Shown one piece after another: positions 23,668 through 33,158 of a DNA stretch of 64,000 nucleotides. The notes under the pieces were generated by a model that ran no database searches, had not been told where the DNA came from, and saw nothing but the letters and a program-made list of their open reading frames with translations. Position 1 is the first letter of the stretch. Each line of letters opens with the position of its first letter. The stretch spans positions 7,177 through 71,176 of the forward strand of contig JAFZEA010000015.1 of NCBI GenBank assembly GCA_017560905.1, written 5' to 3'. A program made the position numbers and the translations under genes. The stretch comes from Clostridia bacterium. Lineage in GTDB: Bacteria > Bacillota > Clostridia > Oscillospirales > QAKW01.

Positions 23668-24921
23668 ATGAACACAAAAAAATTCAAAAAGATCATACTT
23701 TCCGTTATAGCGCTGTGTCTGTGTATGGCTATGAACGGTTGTTCAATGGGGGACATCAGTATTGAAGATTTGATGCGTCCGCCGCAGCTCACCGAGTCTC
23801 GTCTGCAGGTGCAAAACACCATTGATGACCTGCTGGGCACCTCCTACGAGCTGGTTGCGCCTTCGGGCGGCGACAACCGCAACGACATCAATCTGGCAGA
23901 TCTGGACAGCGACGGGCAAACCGAGGCCATCTGTCTGTACACAGCCGACGAAACCAAAGTCGTCAGTATTCTCATCTTGCAAAAGGCAGATGACAACTGG
24001 AAGGAATTGGGGCGGTACACTTCAGATGCCACCGGCGTTGAAAAGCTGTCCTTCTGTGATATGACAGGAGACGGCACTAAAGAGCTCATCGTAGGATGGA
24101 ACTACCTGACCGGCAGTGACCGCACGTTGCAGATTCTGGAGCCGAGAGCGCATTTGCGCTCACTTTATAAGGGAAAATACACACAGTATGTGCTGATGGA
24201 AGACGGTCCCCGAATCGTATGTATCGACCTGTCAAACGCCAGTGCTTCACTGTTGGTTTACAAGGATCTGCGCATCACATCGCTGTCCTCAGTCCCCATT
24301 GATGAGCGCATCGTTTCGCTGACACAGCTGACAGTATCCGCCACCACGGCAGGTAATCCCGCCGTCTATATGGATGCACAGCTGGAGGATCAGAATTATC
24401 ACACCGAAATACTGGTGGTCAACAGCGACAATTATCTGGAGAACAAGCTGCTCACCGGTGAAGGGCTGGGTGCAGACCGACCCTTGGGATTGCGTTGCAC
24501 CGACATTGACGGCGACGGTATTCCGGAGGTGCCGCGCTGTACCGCTATGGAAGACACGGAGGGCGCCTCTTACTTTACGCACTGGTGTAAGTTTGACGGC
24601 AGCTCGCTGAAAGAACCGCTGACCACCTTTACCTCGTCAGCCGACCGCTTTTATGTGGTATATCCCGACAATTGGGTGGGCAAAGTCATGGTATGGCAGG
24701 ATGCCAAGGTGCAACGTCTGTATCACTTTGTCAACCGTAGCCACGAAACGCTGTATTCACTGCGTGTCTTCACCCTGACAGAATTTTCACAGGTACACCC
24801 CGGAGACGGCTGGATCTCCATTACACAAAATGAAGACACCGTTATCGCATACCGTTACGGCAGTGCCGACGATATCACGTTTACCACGGCACAGTGGGCA
24901 GAAGCATTACACACCTACTGA
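23668..24921 (+). CDS. Lipoprotein with FG-GAP/VCBS-like repeats
   Basis: Lipobox MAMNGCS. Repeated Ca-binding-like DxDxDG segments (DLDSDGQTE, DMTGDGTKELIVGW, TDIDGDGIPEV). Confidence 0.65.
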   Translation: MNTKKFKKIILSVIALCLCMAMNGCSMGDISIEDLMRPPQLTESRLQVQNTIDDLLGTSYELVAPSGGDNRNDINLADLDSDGQTEAICLYTADETKVVSILILQKADDNWKELGRYTSDATGVEKLSFCDMTGDGTKELIVGWNYLTGSDRTLQILEPRAHLRSLYKGKYTQYVLMEDGPRIVCIDLSNASASLLVYKDLRITSLSSVPIDERIVSLTQLTVSATTAGNPAVYMDAQLEDQNYHTEILVVNSDNYLENKLLTGEGLGADRPLGLRCTDIDGDGIPEVPRCTAMEDTEGASYFTHWCKFDGSSLKEPLTTFTSSADRFYVVYPDNWVGKVMVWQDAKVQRLYHFVNRSHETLYSLRVFTLTEFSQVHPGDGWISITQNEDTVIAYRYGSADDITFTTAQWAEALHTY

Positions 24922-24934
24922 GAAAGGACAATAT

Positions 24935-25633
24935 ATGAAGAAATTACTTGTTTTGGAAGACGAAGAGGCGATCCGTGCCTTTGTCGTACTCAATTTAAAG
25001 CGGGCAGGCTACGACATTATTGAGGCCGCCACCGGCGAAGAAGCGCTGGAAAAATATGATCAGAATCCCGATATCGATATCGCCGTACTGGACGTGATGC
25101 TTCCCGGCATCAGCGGCGTGGAGGTATGCAAGACCCTGCGCTCCTCCAATCAGAAGATTGGTATTATTATGCTGACCGCCAAAGCCCAGGAAACCGACAA
25201 GGTCGAAGGGCTGATGAGCGGTGCGGATGACTATATTGCCAAGCCCTTTTCTCCGCTGGAGCTGATCGTGCGTGTCGACTCTCTCTATAGAAGAGTACAG
25301 CTCTTGAAAGGGCAGAGTGCCGCTGATTCCGGCGATCTGACTTTTGGCCCCTTTGCGCTGAGCACCACCAGCCGCATTCTCACCAAAAACGGAGAAAAGA
25401 TCGAGATCACACAGGTAGAATACCAAATCCTCAAGTATTTTCTCTCCTCGCCCGGAGTGGCCCGCACCCGTGAGGATATTTCTGCCACCGTATGGGGAGA
25501 TTCCTTTATCGGTGACCGCCACAAGATTGTTGACGTCAACATCCGCCGTCTGCGTATGAAGCTGGAGGATGAGCCCAGTAACCCCACCTATCTCCAGACC
25601 GTATGGGGATACGGTTATCGTTGGGGGAAATAA
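24935..25633 (+). CDS. OmpR/PhoB-family response regulator
   Basis: 232 aa from ATG 24935 (MKKLLVLEDEE). Receiver domain (AVLDVMLPGISG; LTAK). Winged-helix C-terminus (LTFGPF...VEYQILKYF...LQTVWGYGYRW). The ORF-track start 24830 overlaps the upstream gene. Confidence 0.9.
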   Translation: MKKLLVLEDEEAIRAFVVLNLKRAGYDIIEAATGEEALEKYDQNPDIDIAVLDVMLPGISGVEVCKTLRSSNQKIGIIMLTAKAQETDKVEGLMSGADDYIAKPFSPLELIVRVDSLYRRVQLLKGQSAADSGDLTFGPFALSTTSRILTKNGEKIEITQVEYQILKYFLSSPGVARTREDISATVWGDSFIGDRHKIVDVNIRRLRMKLEDEPSNPTYLQTVWGYGYRWGK

Positions 25634-25636
25634 TCT

Positions 25637-27109
25637 ATGAAAAAAATGGTTGCAAGGCTGAAGAAAAGAGCTGTCGAATTCTGGCAGCTGCTTCGCCGTA
25701 CCCTTTTTTCCGGCATTACCTTACGGTGGTTGCGCAATGTGTTCGGTGCCATACTGATCGCCAGTATATTGATGGTCACCTTTTTTTGTATGTTTGCCCA
25801 GAATTCCTACTACAATATGGTGCGCGCACGACTGCGCGCCGATGCGCAAAACTTAGAGAACTACTATTCCAACTACATTTCCACCGAGTCCTTTACCTCG
25901 GCGGCGCAAACTATGGTAGACGAATTTGAGGACACCACATTGATGGAACTGCAGATCAGCGATCTGTCGGGACAGGTGGCTTTTTCCTCCTCCGGTTTTC
26001 CACTCAACGATATGCAAGAAACGCCCGATCTCACCGGCGCCAGACTGAACAAGGCCGACTCTTGGATCGGCGAGCACACCGCCACGGGAGAAAAGATCAT
26101 GTCCTATACCGTACCGCTTCAGGACAGCTACGGCAACACACAGGGGACACTGCGCCTACTGACCTCACTGGAGCTGACGGATGCACTTTTGTTGCGGCTG
26201 TATCTGTTGGCCGCCGTCATCGGTCTGAGCGTAATTTTGCTCACCGGCTTCAGCGGTGTATATTTTATCAAGTCCATTATCGTTCCCGTAGCGCAGATCA
26301 ACGACATTGCTAACGATATCGCCAAGGGCAATATGACACGGCGCATCGAAAAGTACAATCAGGATGACGAACTGGGCAAGCTGTGCGCCACCATCAATGC
26401 CATGGCAAAAGACTTGGGAGAAAGCGAAAAGGTCAAAAACGACTTTATCTCCTCGGTCTCCCACGAACTGCGCACTCCGCTGACCGCCATCCGTGGTTGG
26501 AGCGAAACCATGATCGCCACTCAGAGCGAAGAAATGGACGCTACCACCCGTCGAGGCATCGAGGTTATATATAAAGAAACCGAGCGCCTGAGCAAGCTTG
26601 TGGAGGAATTATTGGACACCTCCCGCATTCAAAACGGCCGCTTCAAGCTGATGGTAGCGCCTATGGATGTGGTTGCGGAGTTTGAGGACACGGTATTTAT
26701 GATGATGGAGCGTGCCAGACTGGAAAACGTTATCATCGAATATATCCCCGAGCCAGACAGCGTGGAAATTCTGGGAGATAAAAACCGTCTTAAGCAGGTC
26801 TTTTTTAATATTATTGACAACGCCGTCAAACATTCCGAAACCGACGGCAAGATCGAAACCGCCGTCACCCTTACGGAAACGCACGTTTGCCTGCGTATTC
26901 AGGATCACGGCGAAGGAATTTCTCCGCAGGATCTACCCTTTGTCAAACAAATGTTTTATAAAGGCAATTCTCAAAAGCGCGGCAGCGGCATAGGTCTGGG
27001 CGTGGCTGACGAGATCGTCAGAAAGCACGGCGGCACACTGGAGATCGAAAGCGAGCTTGGTGTCGGCACTACCGTCATTATTTCTCTGCCGCTTTCCTCA
27101 CAAGAATAA
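25637..27109 (+). CDS. Sensor histidine kinase (2 TM, HAMP, HisKA, HATPase_c)
   Basis: H-box SHELRTPLTAIRGW, N-box NIIDNAVKHS, G-boxes DHGEGI and GSGIGLG. Two TM segments flank an extracytoplasmic loop of about 130 aa. Confidence 0.9.
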   Translation: MKKMVARLKKRAVEFWQLLRRTLFSGITLRWLRNVFGAILIASILMVTFFCMFAQNSYYNMVRARLRADAQNLENYYSNYISTESFTSAAQTMVDEFEDTTLMELQISDLSGQVAFSSSGFPLNDMQETPDLTGARLNKADSWIGEHTATGEKIMSYTVPLQDSYGNTQGTLRLLTSLELTDALLLRLYLLAAVIGLSVILLTGFSGVYFIKSIIVPVAQINDIANDIAKGNMTRRIEKYNQDDELGKLCATINAMAKDLGESEKVKNDFISSVSHELRTPLTAIRGWSETMIATQSEEMDATTRRGIEVIYKETERLSKLVEELLDTSRIQNGRFKLMVAPMDVVAEFEDTVFMMMERARLENVIIEYIPEPDSVEILGDKNRLKQVFFNIIDNAVKHSETDGKIETAVTLTETHVCLRIQDHGEGISPQDLPFVKQMFYKGNSQKRGSGIGLGVADEIVRKHGGTLEIESELGVGTTVIISLPLSSQE

Positions 27110-27123
27110 CAGGGGGCTTAAAT

Positions 27124-28005
27124 ATGGATTTTTCACTGATCACCTACTTTATTCCATTACACGACAACGTCTTTTTTTCGACGCTGTCGGAGATCATCAC
27201 TTTATTGGGAGAGGATACCATCATTATTCTGGTGGGCGCTTTTCTCTATTGGTGCCTGAGCCCCAAGCAGGGGCAACGTATGGCCTGCACCGCAGTAAGC
27301 GGTCTGTTTTGGACGCTGGGACTTAAAAACTGGCTTAAAATCCCCAGACCCTGGGAGCAGTGGATTATTGCCAAAGACCAAGTAATCCGCGCATCAACCG
27401 CCACCGGCTACTCCTTTCCCAGCGGCCACACCACGGCCGGCACCAATATATACGGCTATTTTGCTTCCGTCAGCAAAAAGCTTTGGGTCAAAATCGTTTT
27501 GTGGGTTTTGGTAGGCTTGATCGGATTGTCACGCATTTATCTGGGTTGTCACACCTCTTATGATGTTCTGGCGGCCATCGCCATCAGCGTAGTGTGGATC
27601 TATCTGGCCGGCCACCTTTATGACCGTCTTTTGCCCAAAAGCGACTGGTTTATTTTCATCTATATGATTCCCGTTTTGTTTGGCTGTACCTCTTTGTTTA
27701 CCGAGCAGGACGAGGATATTCTCAAGATGACATCCTTTGGCATATGCGTGCTTGTCGGTATATTTATTGAAAGAAGATTCATCCATTTTACCGTGACTGC
27801 CGGTTGGAAACGGCGCATTTTGCATTATGCCGTCGGCGTCGGTGTACTCGCCCTTTTGAAGTTCTGGCCTAAGCACTTTGGCATTTATGATATTTTGTGG
27901 CTGAAGTGTATCAATTACGGCATCATTGCTTTCTGGCTCAGTTGCGTCTATCCGCTGATTTTGAGCCGAGCTGCACTCTCAAAAAATAAAAAAAGGGACA
28001 CATAA
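27124..28005 (+). CDS. PAP2-family membrane phosphatase (BcrC/undecaprenyl-diphosphatase-like)
   Basis: The three PAP2 motifs are KIPRPW, FPSGHT and SRIYLGCHTSYD. The protein is polytopic. Confidence 0.8.
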   Translation: MDFSLITYFIPLHDNVFFSTLSEIITLLGEDTIIILVGAFLYWCLSPKQGQRMACTAVSGLFWTLGLKNWLKIPRPWEQWIIAKDQVIRASTATGYSFPSGHTTAGTNIYGYFASVSKKLWVKIVLWVLVGLIGLSRIYLGCHTSYDVLAAIAISVVWIYLAGHLYDRLLPKSDWFIFIYMIPVLFGCTSLFTEQDEDILKMTSFGICVLVGIFIERRFIHFTVTAGWKRRILHYAVGVGVLALLKFWPKHFGIYDILWLKCINYGIIAFWLSCVYPLILSRAALSKNKKRDT

Positions 28006-28006
28006 C

Positions 28007-28440
28007 ATATTAAAATTTCCTGCTTTTGATGAAAAACCGTTCACAGACTACATCGAACACAGCGGTGCCCGTGTGATCAATATCGACGGTGCAACCGAGG
28101 CTGATTATTCAGCTTACGACCCTGTTGTTGAGCGAAAACGGGTACGAAAAGAAAGAGCACCGGGGCTATTTTTTGCATATCAGAAGGGTAGTGAGGGTAT
28201 TTTCCTCAGCTTTTACGCCGCCACAGCAGAACTGCGTATCTTACAGAAGAAAACTGTAGTTACTTTTCTTTCGCTGACCAAACAGGGGAGCTGCACTTAG
28301 TGTCTCAGATCACACAGGTACATCTGGAGGTCTTCGGTATATCGTATGTCATCCGTCTTTCCGACGGAAAAACATCACCCGACATATTACAAATAAATTC
28401 TCCCCAAACTTTGTCGCAACTTGTAACACAAACAAAGTAA
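28007..28440 (+). pseudogene. Frameshifted remnant of an unidentified gene
   Basis: One frame reads ILKFPAFDEKPFTDYIEHSGARVINIDGATEADY...FAYQKGSEGIFLSFYAATAELRIL... and stops at 28298. The -1 frame continues ELHLVSQITQVHLEVFGISYVIRLSDGKTSP... to 28440. No RBS or start fits either piece. Confidence 0.25.
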
Positions 28441-28455
28441 ATCCGAACTGCAGCA

Positions 28456-28495
28456 AAAGCTCTATCCCTTATGTTTCAAGGGATAGAGCTTTTTC
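28456..28495 (+). terminator. Rho-independent terminator
   Basis: AAAGCTCTATCCCTT-atgtttc-AAGGGATAGAGCTTT, a 15-bp stem, followed by tt. Confidence 0.75.
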
Positions 28496-28512
28496 GTGTC
28501 ACAATGTGTCAG

Positions 28513-28541
28513 TTGATATTTCTTGCTTTTTGGCATACTCT
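28513..28541 (+). promoter_or_regulatory. Candidate promoter of the ParB/Noc-like gene
   Basis: TTGATA (28513-28518), a 17-nt spacer and TACTCT (28536-28541). It lies inside the ORF-track N-terminal extension, which supports the downstream GTG start. Confidence 0.45.
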
Positions 28542-28580
28542 GCCGTACAATGGAACCAGAAAAGCAAAGGAGAAATCGTC

Positions 28581-29381
28581 GTGACGCTGACACTGCAAAA
28601 AACAAATTCCGCCAAAACCGATGAGCGCATCATACTGGAAATTCCCGTTTCCCGTATTCTACCGTCGCCTCATCAACCCCGACGATGCTTTGACAAAGAA
28701 GAGTTGACGGCATTGGCAATGAGCATTCGCAACAGCGGTATTTTGCAACCACTGGTCGTCAAGCCCTACAAGGGAGATTACTGCCTGGTGGCAGGTGAGC
28801 GCCGCTTACGGGCGGCGGCACTGGCAGGGCTGGAAACCGTACCGTGTATTTTATATGACAAAAAAGAAGATGAATGTGCACTGGCAACTATGATTGAAAA
28901 TCTACAGCGCAAAAATCTGTCCTACTGGGAAGAAGCCTACGGTTATCGAGCGTTGCTTGACAAATTCGGTTATACCCAAGAACAACTGGCCCGCCGCGTG
29001 GGCAAAACCCAGTCTACCGTCGCCAATAAACTGCGACTTCTCAAATTACCGCCCACCGTGCAGGCATTACTTTCTGCCGAAAATCTAAGCGAACGTCACG
29101 CCAGAGCGTTATTGTCGCTGCAAGACCCCGAGCAGATTTATGCTGTGGCGCAGACAGTGATCCGCAGAAATTACACCGTAGCGCAAACCGAAGACTATAT
29201 TGCAAGGCTGTCCCGCCCCAAACGGGCCAAGCCCTCGCAGCAAATCAAGGACCGTCGCCTTTGCTTGAATACCATACATCGGGCAGTCGGTCTGATCCGC
29301 CAGGCGGGAATAAAGGCCGTTTCCGAAACAACGGAAAACGATACCTTTATTGAATATATAATCCGCATCCCCAAACAGTAG
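28581..29381 (+). CDS. ParB/Noc-family DNA-binding protein (first ParB paralog)
   Basis: ParB N-domain (ILPSPHQPRR, GILQPLVV, LVAGERRLRAA) and HTH (YTQEQLARRVGKTQSTVANKLRLLKL). The start is set at GTG 28581 (AAAGGAG 8 nt upstream) instead of 28506. Confidence 0.85.
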   Translation: MTLTLQKTNSAKTDERIILEIPVSRILPSPHQPRRCFDKEELTALAMSIRNSGILQPLVVKPYKGDYCLVAGERRLRAAALAGLETVPCILYDKKEDECALATMIENLQRKNLSYWEEAYGYRALLDKFGYTQEQLARRVGKTQSTVANKLRLLKLPPTVQALLSAENLSERHARALLSLQDPEQIYAVAQTVIRRNYTVAQTEDYIARLSRPKRAKPSQQIKDRRLCLNTIHRAVGLIRQAGIKAVSETTENDTFIEYIIRIPKQ

Positions 29382-29413
29382 GGCAAGCCCTACACCCATT
29401 CTCTTTTCCCTAA

Positions 29414-29456
29414 GCAAAGAGCGATCGTCTTCGAGGCGGTCGCTCTTTGCTTTGTT
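29414..29456 (+). terminator. Terminator after the ParB/Noc-like gene
   Basis: GCAAAGAGCGATCG...CGGTCGCTCTTTGC, a 14-bp stem with 1 mismatch, followed by TTTGTT. Confidence 0.65.
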
Positions 29457-29468
29457 CCACGTGGAACA
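29453..29468. promoter_or_regulatory. parS site 1 (perfect palindrome TGTTCCACGTGGAACA)
   Basis: 16-bp perfect inverted repeat. It matches the Firmicute parS consensus TGTTNCACGTGAAACA at 15 of its 15 specified positions, allowing the symmetric G. Confidence 0.85.
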
Positions 29469-29491
29469 ATTTGAGGAGATGGTGACTGCAG

Positions 29492-29507
29492 TGTTCCACG
29501 TGGAACA
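29492..29507. promoter_or_regulatory. parS site 2 (identical TGTTCCACGTGGAACA)
   Basis: A second identical 16-mer, 39 bp (start to start) after site 1, upstream of soj. Confidence 0.85.
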
Positions 29508-29662
29508 TCGCAAAACACAACATTTTGTGTTTCTTTTGGGACAAAATACATCTTGTTGTTTAAAGAACAAAAAAATATAAAAAATGAGTAAAAACTCTTT
29601 AAAAACAAAATCTTTTATGCTATACTAACATTTGTATATATTAATTAATAGGATTATAAAAT

Positions 29663-30436
29663 ATGGGAAAAATAATTGCTATAACAAATCAAAAAGGCGG
29701 CGTAGGCAAAACCACCACCGCTGTCAATCTAGCCTGTTCTGTAGGCGAGATGGGCAAAAAGGTGCTTCTTGTGGACTTTGATGCCCAGGCCAACGCCACC
29801 AGCGGATACGGCATTTCCCGCAAATCGCTGGACAAGTCAGTATATGAAGTCATAATGGGAGAAATCCCTGTCAAGGAAGCCATCCAACAAACCAAAGCAA
29901 CCGGTGTTTCCATTCTGCCCGCCAACAAAGCGCTGGCTGGTGCTGAGATCGAGCTGGTCGCTTTAGAGCGGCGCGGCACGCGCCTCAAAGATGCGCTGGA
30001 CGAAATTCGCCATCTTTACGATTACATCTTTATTGACTGTCCGCCCAGCATCGGCCTGCTGACACTTAACGCACTCAATGCCGCCAATTCCGCACTGGTA
30101 CCCATCCAATGTGAATATTTTGCACTGGAGGGGCTCAGCCAGCTAATTTCAATCATAAAAAAGGTCAAGAATTCTTCTAACCCCGGCCTGCATTTGGAAG
30201 GTGTATTGCTGACAATGTATGACGGCAGACTGAATCTGACGGTACAGGTCAAAGAAGAAGTTAAAAAGTATTTTGGAGACAAGGTCTATAAAAACGTCAT
30301 CGCCCGCAACGTCCGTCTGAGCGAAGCGCCCAGCCACGGTATGCCTGTACAGATGTATGACCGCTACTCCAAGGGAGCGCTGGCTTACAGAGAACTGGCC
30401 AGAGAATTTTTAGAAGCGCAAAAGGAGGTGCTCTGA
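29663..30436 (+). CDS. soj: ParA/Soj chromosome-partitioning ATPase
   Basis: MGKIIAITNQKGGVGKTTTAVNLA (deviant Walker A). 257 aa. It shares 1 nt with the start of parB (30436). Confidence 0.95.
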   Translation: MGKIIAITNQKGGVGKTTTAVNLACSVGEMGKKVLLVDFDAQANATSGYGISRKSLDKSVYEVIMGEIPVKEAIQQTKATGVSILPANKALAGAEIELVALERRGTRLKDALDEIRHLYDYIFIDCPPSIGLLTLNALNAANSALVPIQCEYFALEGLSQLISIIKKVKNSSNPGLHLEGVLLTMYDGRLNLTVQVKEEVKKYFGDKVYKNVIARNVRLSEAPSHGMPVQMYDRYSKGALAYRELAREFLEAQKEVL

Positions 30437-31317
30437 TGAAAAAGAAATCAACCGGGCTGGGACTGGGACTTGATGCCATATTCGAGGATAACGATTTTTC
30501 CGCGGAGCAACCCAGTGGGGAAGAAACCGTACACACCTTGCGCATTTCCCAAATCGAGCCAAACCGCAATCAGCCCCGTAAGGTTTTTGATGAAGAAGCT
30601 TTGCAGGCGCTGGCAGAGTCCATCGCTCGTCACGGACTCATTCAGCCTTTGCTGGTAGAGCCGCTGAAAGGGGACAGATACCGTATTATCGCAGGCGAGC
30701 GGCGATGGAGAGCCTGCCGCATAGCCGGCGTTGAGGAAGTCCCCGTTGTCATCCGCACGGTGACCGAGCAACAGAATATGGAGATCGCTCTGATCGAAAA
30801 TTTGCAGAGAGAAGACCTCAATCCCATTGAAGAAGCCAAAGGATATCAAAGCCTTACCGAGCTTTATCATATGACCCAGGAGCAGATCGCCGCCTCCGTC
30901 GGCAAAAGTCGTTCAGCTGTAGCCAACACGATGAGACTGTTGGCTCTGCCCGAACAAATTATGGACTTCGTGGCATCGGGCGAACTGTCCACAGGACACG
31001 CCAAAGCCTTGATGGCGTTGGAAGAAGAGGATATGCTCTTCTATGCCAACAAAGTCATTTCCGAAGGTTTGACCGTCCGTCAGACCGAGGCTCTTGTTAA
31101 AAAAGCATTGGCCCCCAAAAAGGACAAGCTCTCCTTTGACCAAGAGATCGTGCTGGCTTTGCGAGCCATGGAGCAACAAGCCTCCGAAAGCGTGGGCAAC
31201 AAAGTAAGCATTCACCATTCTCCAAAAAACAAGGGAAAAGTTGAGATCAGTTACCACAGCGTGGAAGAACTTGAAAAGATCATAGATGTGTTGAAAGGCG
31301 GTGTAAGTCATGATTGA
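30436..31317 (+). CDS. spo0J: ParB/Spo0J chromosome-partitioning protein
   Basis: IEPNRNQPRK, GLIQPLLV, IIAGERRWRA, and HTH MTQEQIAASVGKSRSAVANTMRLLAL. Confidence 0.9.
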   Translation: MKKKSTGLGLGLDAIFEDNDFSAEQPSGEETVHTLRISQIEPNRNQPRKVFDEEALQALAESIARHGLIQPLLVEPLKGDRYRIIAGERRWRACRIAGVEEVPVVIRTVTEQQNMEIALIENLQREDLNPIEEAKGYQSLTELYHMTQEQIAASVGKSRSAVANTMRLLALPEQIMDFVASGELSTGHAKALMALEEEDMLFYANKVISEGLTVRQTEALVKKALAPKKDKLSFDQEIVLALRAMEQQASESVGNKVSIHHSPKNKGKVEISYHSVEELEKIIDVLKGGVSHD

Positions 31318-31879
31318 AAAGCCATTTGACCCCAATGCACCCGTTGAACCCGCAAAAGCAAAAGCACCCGAAACGCCCACCACTCGTGTTGAACAGCAGC
31401 GCAAAAAGAAGCAAACTGTCGTCACCGAGTTTAAAAAAGACGTTAAATTTCTGTGGCTGTATGCCAGCGTATTTTGTCTGGTGGTACTCGCCCTCATCGG
31501 CGGCAGCTACGTGGTGCAGCAGCGTATTCACGCCGAAGTCAACGAATATAGAGGGCAGGCGGAAACAGCCGAGCAATCCGAATCTCAGGCCCAGTCCCGT
31601 CTGAGCAATATTCAAGAAGAAAACAAATCCCTTAAAAGCCAGCTGGAAAGCGCAAAAACCGAAAACGAAACGCTCAAAGCGGGAGCCAAAGCGGACGAAG
31701 CCTTGATTGAAAGCGGTGAAAAAATCATTCTCGAGTTGCAAAAACTCTTAAAGATCGACCGTTTGTTACAAGAGGGAAATCGTGCAGAAGCACTAGAAAT
31801 ATTTGAAAGTATTGACAGCTCCATATTGCCGGAAGACAGCATGGAAAGCTACACATATTATGAGGAGAGATTGAACTAA
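31310..31879 (+). CDS. Membrane-anchored coiled-coil protein, translationally coupled to spo0J
   Basis: 189 aa. Lys-rich N-terminus, one TM helix ([23 protein letters not shown]), then a heptad-like Q/E/K/L region ([28 protein letters not shown]). It overlaps the spo0J 3' end by 8 nt. Confidence 0.6.
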   Translation: MIEKPFDPNAPVEPAKAKAPETPTTRVEQQRKKKQTVVTEFKKDVKFLWLYASVFCLVVLALIGGSYVVQQRIHAEVNEYRGQAETAEQSESQAQSRLSNIQEENKSLKSQLESAKTENETLKAGAKADEALIESGEKIILELQKLLKIDRLLQEGNRAEALEIFESIDSSILPEDSMESYTYYEERLN

Positions 31880-31880
31880 A

Positions 31881-33158
31881 ATGCTGGACATCAAATTTAT
31901 CAAAGAAAACACACAACTGGTCAAAACCGCAATGAAAAACCGCAATATGAAGTTGGACGAAGTCATCGACAAGCTCTGTGTGCTGGACGATGAAAGAAAG
32001 GCTCTGATTTTTGCCAGCGAGCAGAACAAAGCCAAGCAAAATGCCGTTTCCAAGCAGATTCCCCAACTGAAAAAAGAGGGCAAAGACGTTGCCCCCATCT
32101 TTGCTGAGATGAAAGAGCTGAGCGATATGGTCAAGCGTGACGACGCCAGACAGAGCGAGATCGAAGCACAGATGCAAGAACTGCTCTATGAAATTCCCAA
32201 CATTCCTGCCGATGCCGTGCCCGTGGGCAAGGACGATGGCGACAATGTTGAAATGCGCCGTTTCGGCGAACCTAAAAACTTTGGCTTTGAGCCAAAAGCA
32301 CACTGGGATATCGGCAAGGATCTGGGCATTCTGGATCCCGAAACCGCAGGTAAGGTCAGCGGTGCCCGCTTCCACTTCTACAGAGGTCTGGGTGCCAAGC
32401 TGGAGCGCGCCATCATCAGCTTTTTCCTGGACAGCCATTCTTCCAGAGGATATGAAGAAATTCTGCCGCCTTACCTTGTCAACCGTGCCTCTATGACCGG
32501 TACCGGTCAGCTTCCCAAGTTTGAAGAGGATGCTTTTAAGACCACTACCGATCTGTTTCTCATTCCCACCGCTGAGGTACCCGTAACCAATATGTACCGC
32601 GGCGACATTCTGGACGGCACCACGCTACCCCTGAGCTACTGCGCCTATTCCGCTTGCTTCCGTGCTGAGGCAGGCAGTGCCGGCAGAGATACCAGAGGTC
32701 TGATCCGTCAACATCAGTTCAACAAAGTTGAGCTTGTTAAGTTTACCCGTCCCGAGCAGAGCTGGGATGAACTGGAAAGCCTGACCGCTTCCGCCGAGCA
32801 GGTACTCAAGGATCTGGGTCTGCCGTACAGAGTTGTTCGTTTGTGCTCGGGCGATCTGGGCTTTTCCAGCGCTATGACCTATGACATTGAAGTATGGATG
32901 CCTTCCTACGGCAGATACGTGGAGATTTCTTCTTGCTCCAACTTCCTTGATTTCCAGGCAAGACGCGCCGGCATCAAGTTTAAGGACGATGTAAAGAGCA
33001 AGGCACAGTTTGTCCATACCCTCAACGGCTCCGGCGTCGCTGTCGGCCGTACCACCGCCGCTATTTTGGAGAACTTCCAGAATGAGGACGGCAGTGTGGA
33101 CATTCCCGAGGCACTGCGTCCCTATATGGGCGGTATTGCCAAGATCCCTGCCAAATAA
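31881..33158 (+). CDS. serS: Seryl-tRNA synthetase
   Basis: 425 aa. N-terminal coiled-coil arm ([14 protein letters not shown]). Class II motifs ([21 protein letters not shown]; GSGVAVGRT). Confidence 0.95.
   Translation: MLDIKFIKENTQLVKTAMKNRNMKLDEVIDKLCVLDDERKALIFASEQNKAKQNAVSKQIPQLKKEGKDVAPIFAEMKELSDMVKRDDARQSEIEAQMQELLYEIPNIPADAVPVGKDDGDNVEMRRFGEPKNFGFEPKAHWDIGKDLGILDPETAGKVSGARFHFYRGLGAKLERAIISFFLDSHSSRGYEEILPPYLVNRASMTGTGQLPKFEEDAFKTTTDLFLIPTAEVPVTNMYRGDILDGTTLPLSYCAYSACFRAEAGSAGRDTRGLIRQHQFNKVELVKFTRPEQSWDELESLTASAEQVLKDLGLPYRVVRLCSGDLGFSSAMTYDIEVWMPSYGRYVEISSCSNFLDFQARRAGIKFKDDVKSKAQFVHTLNGSGVAVGRTTAAILENFQNEDGSVDIPEALRPYMGGIAKIPAK

Noticed and set aside
28506-28580. N-terminal extension of the ParB/Noc-like ORF (GTG 28506)
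   Set aside because: A candidate promoter (28513-28541) lies inside it. A better GTG with AAAGGAG at 8 nt (28581) starts just before the conserved ParB N-domain.
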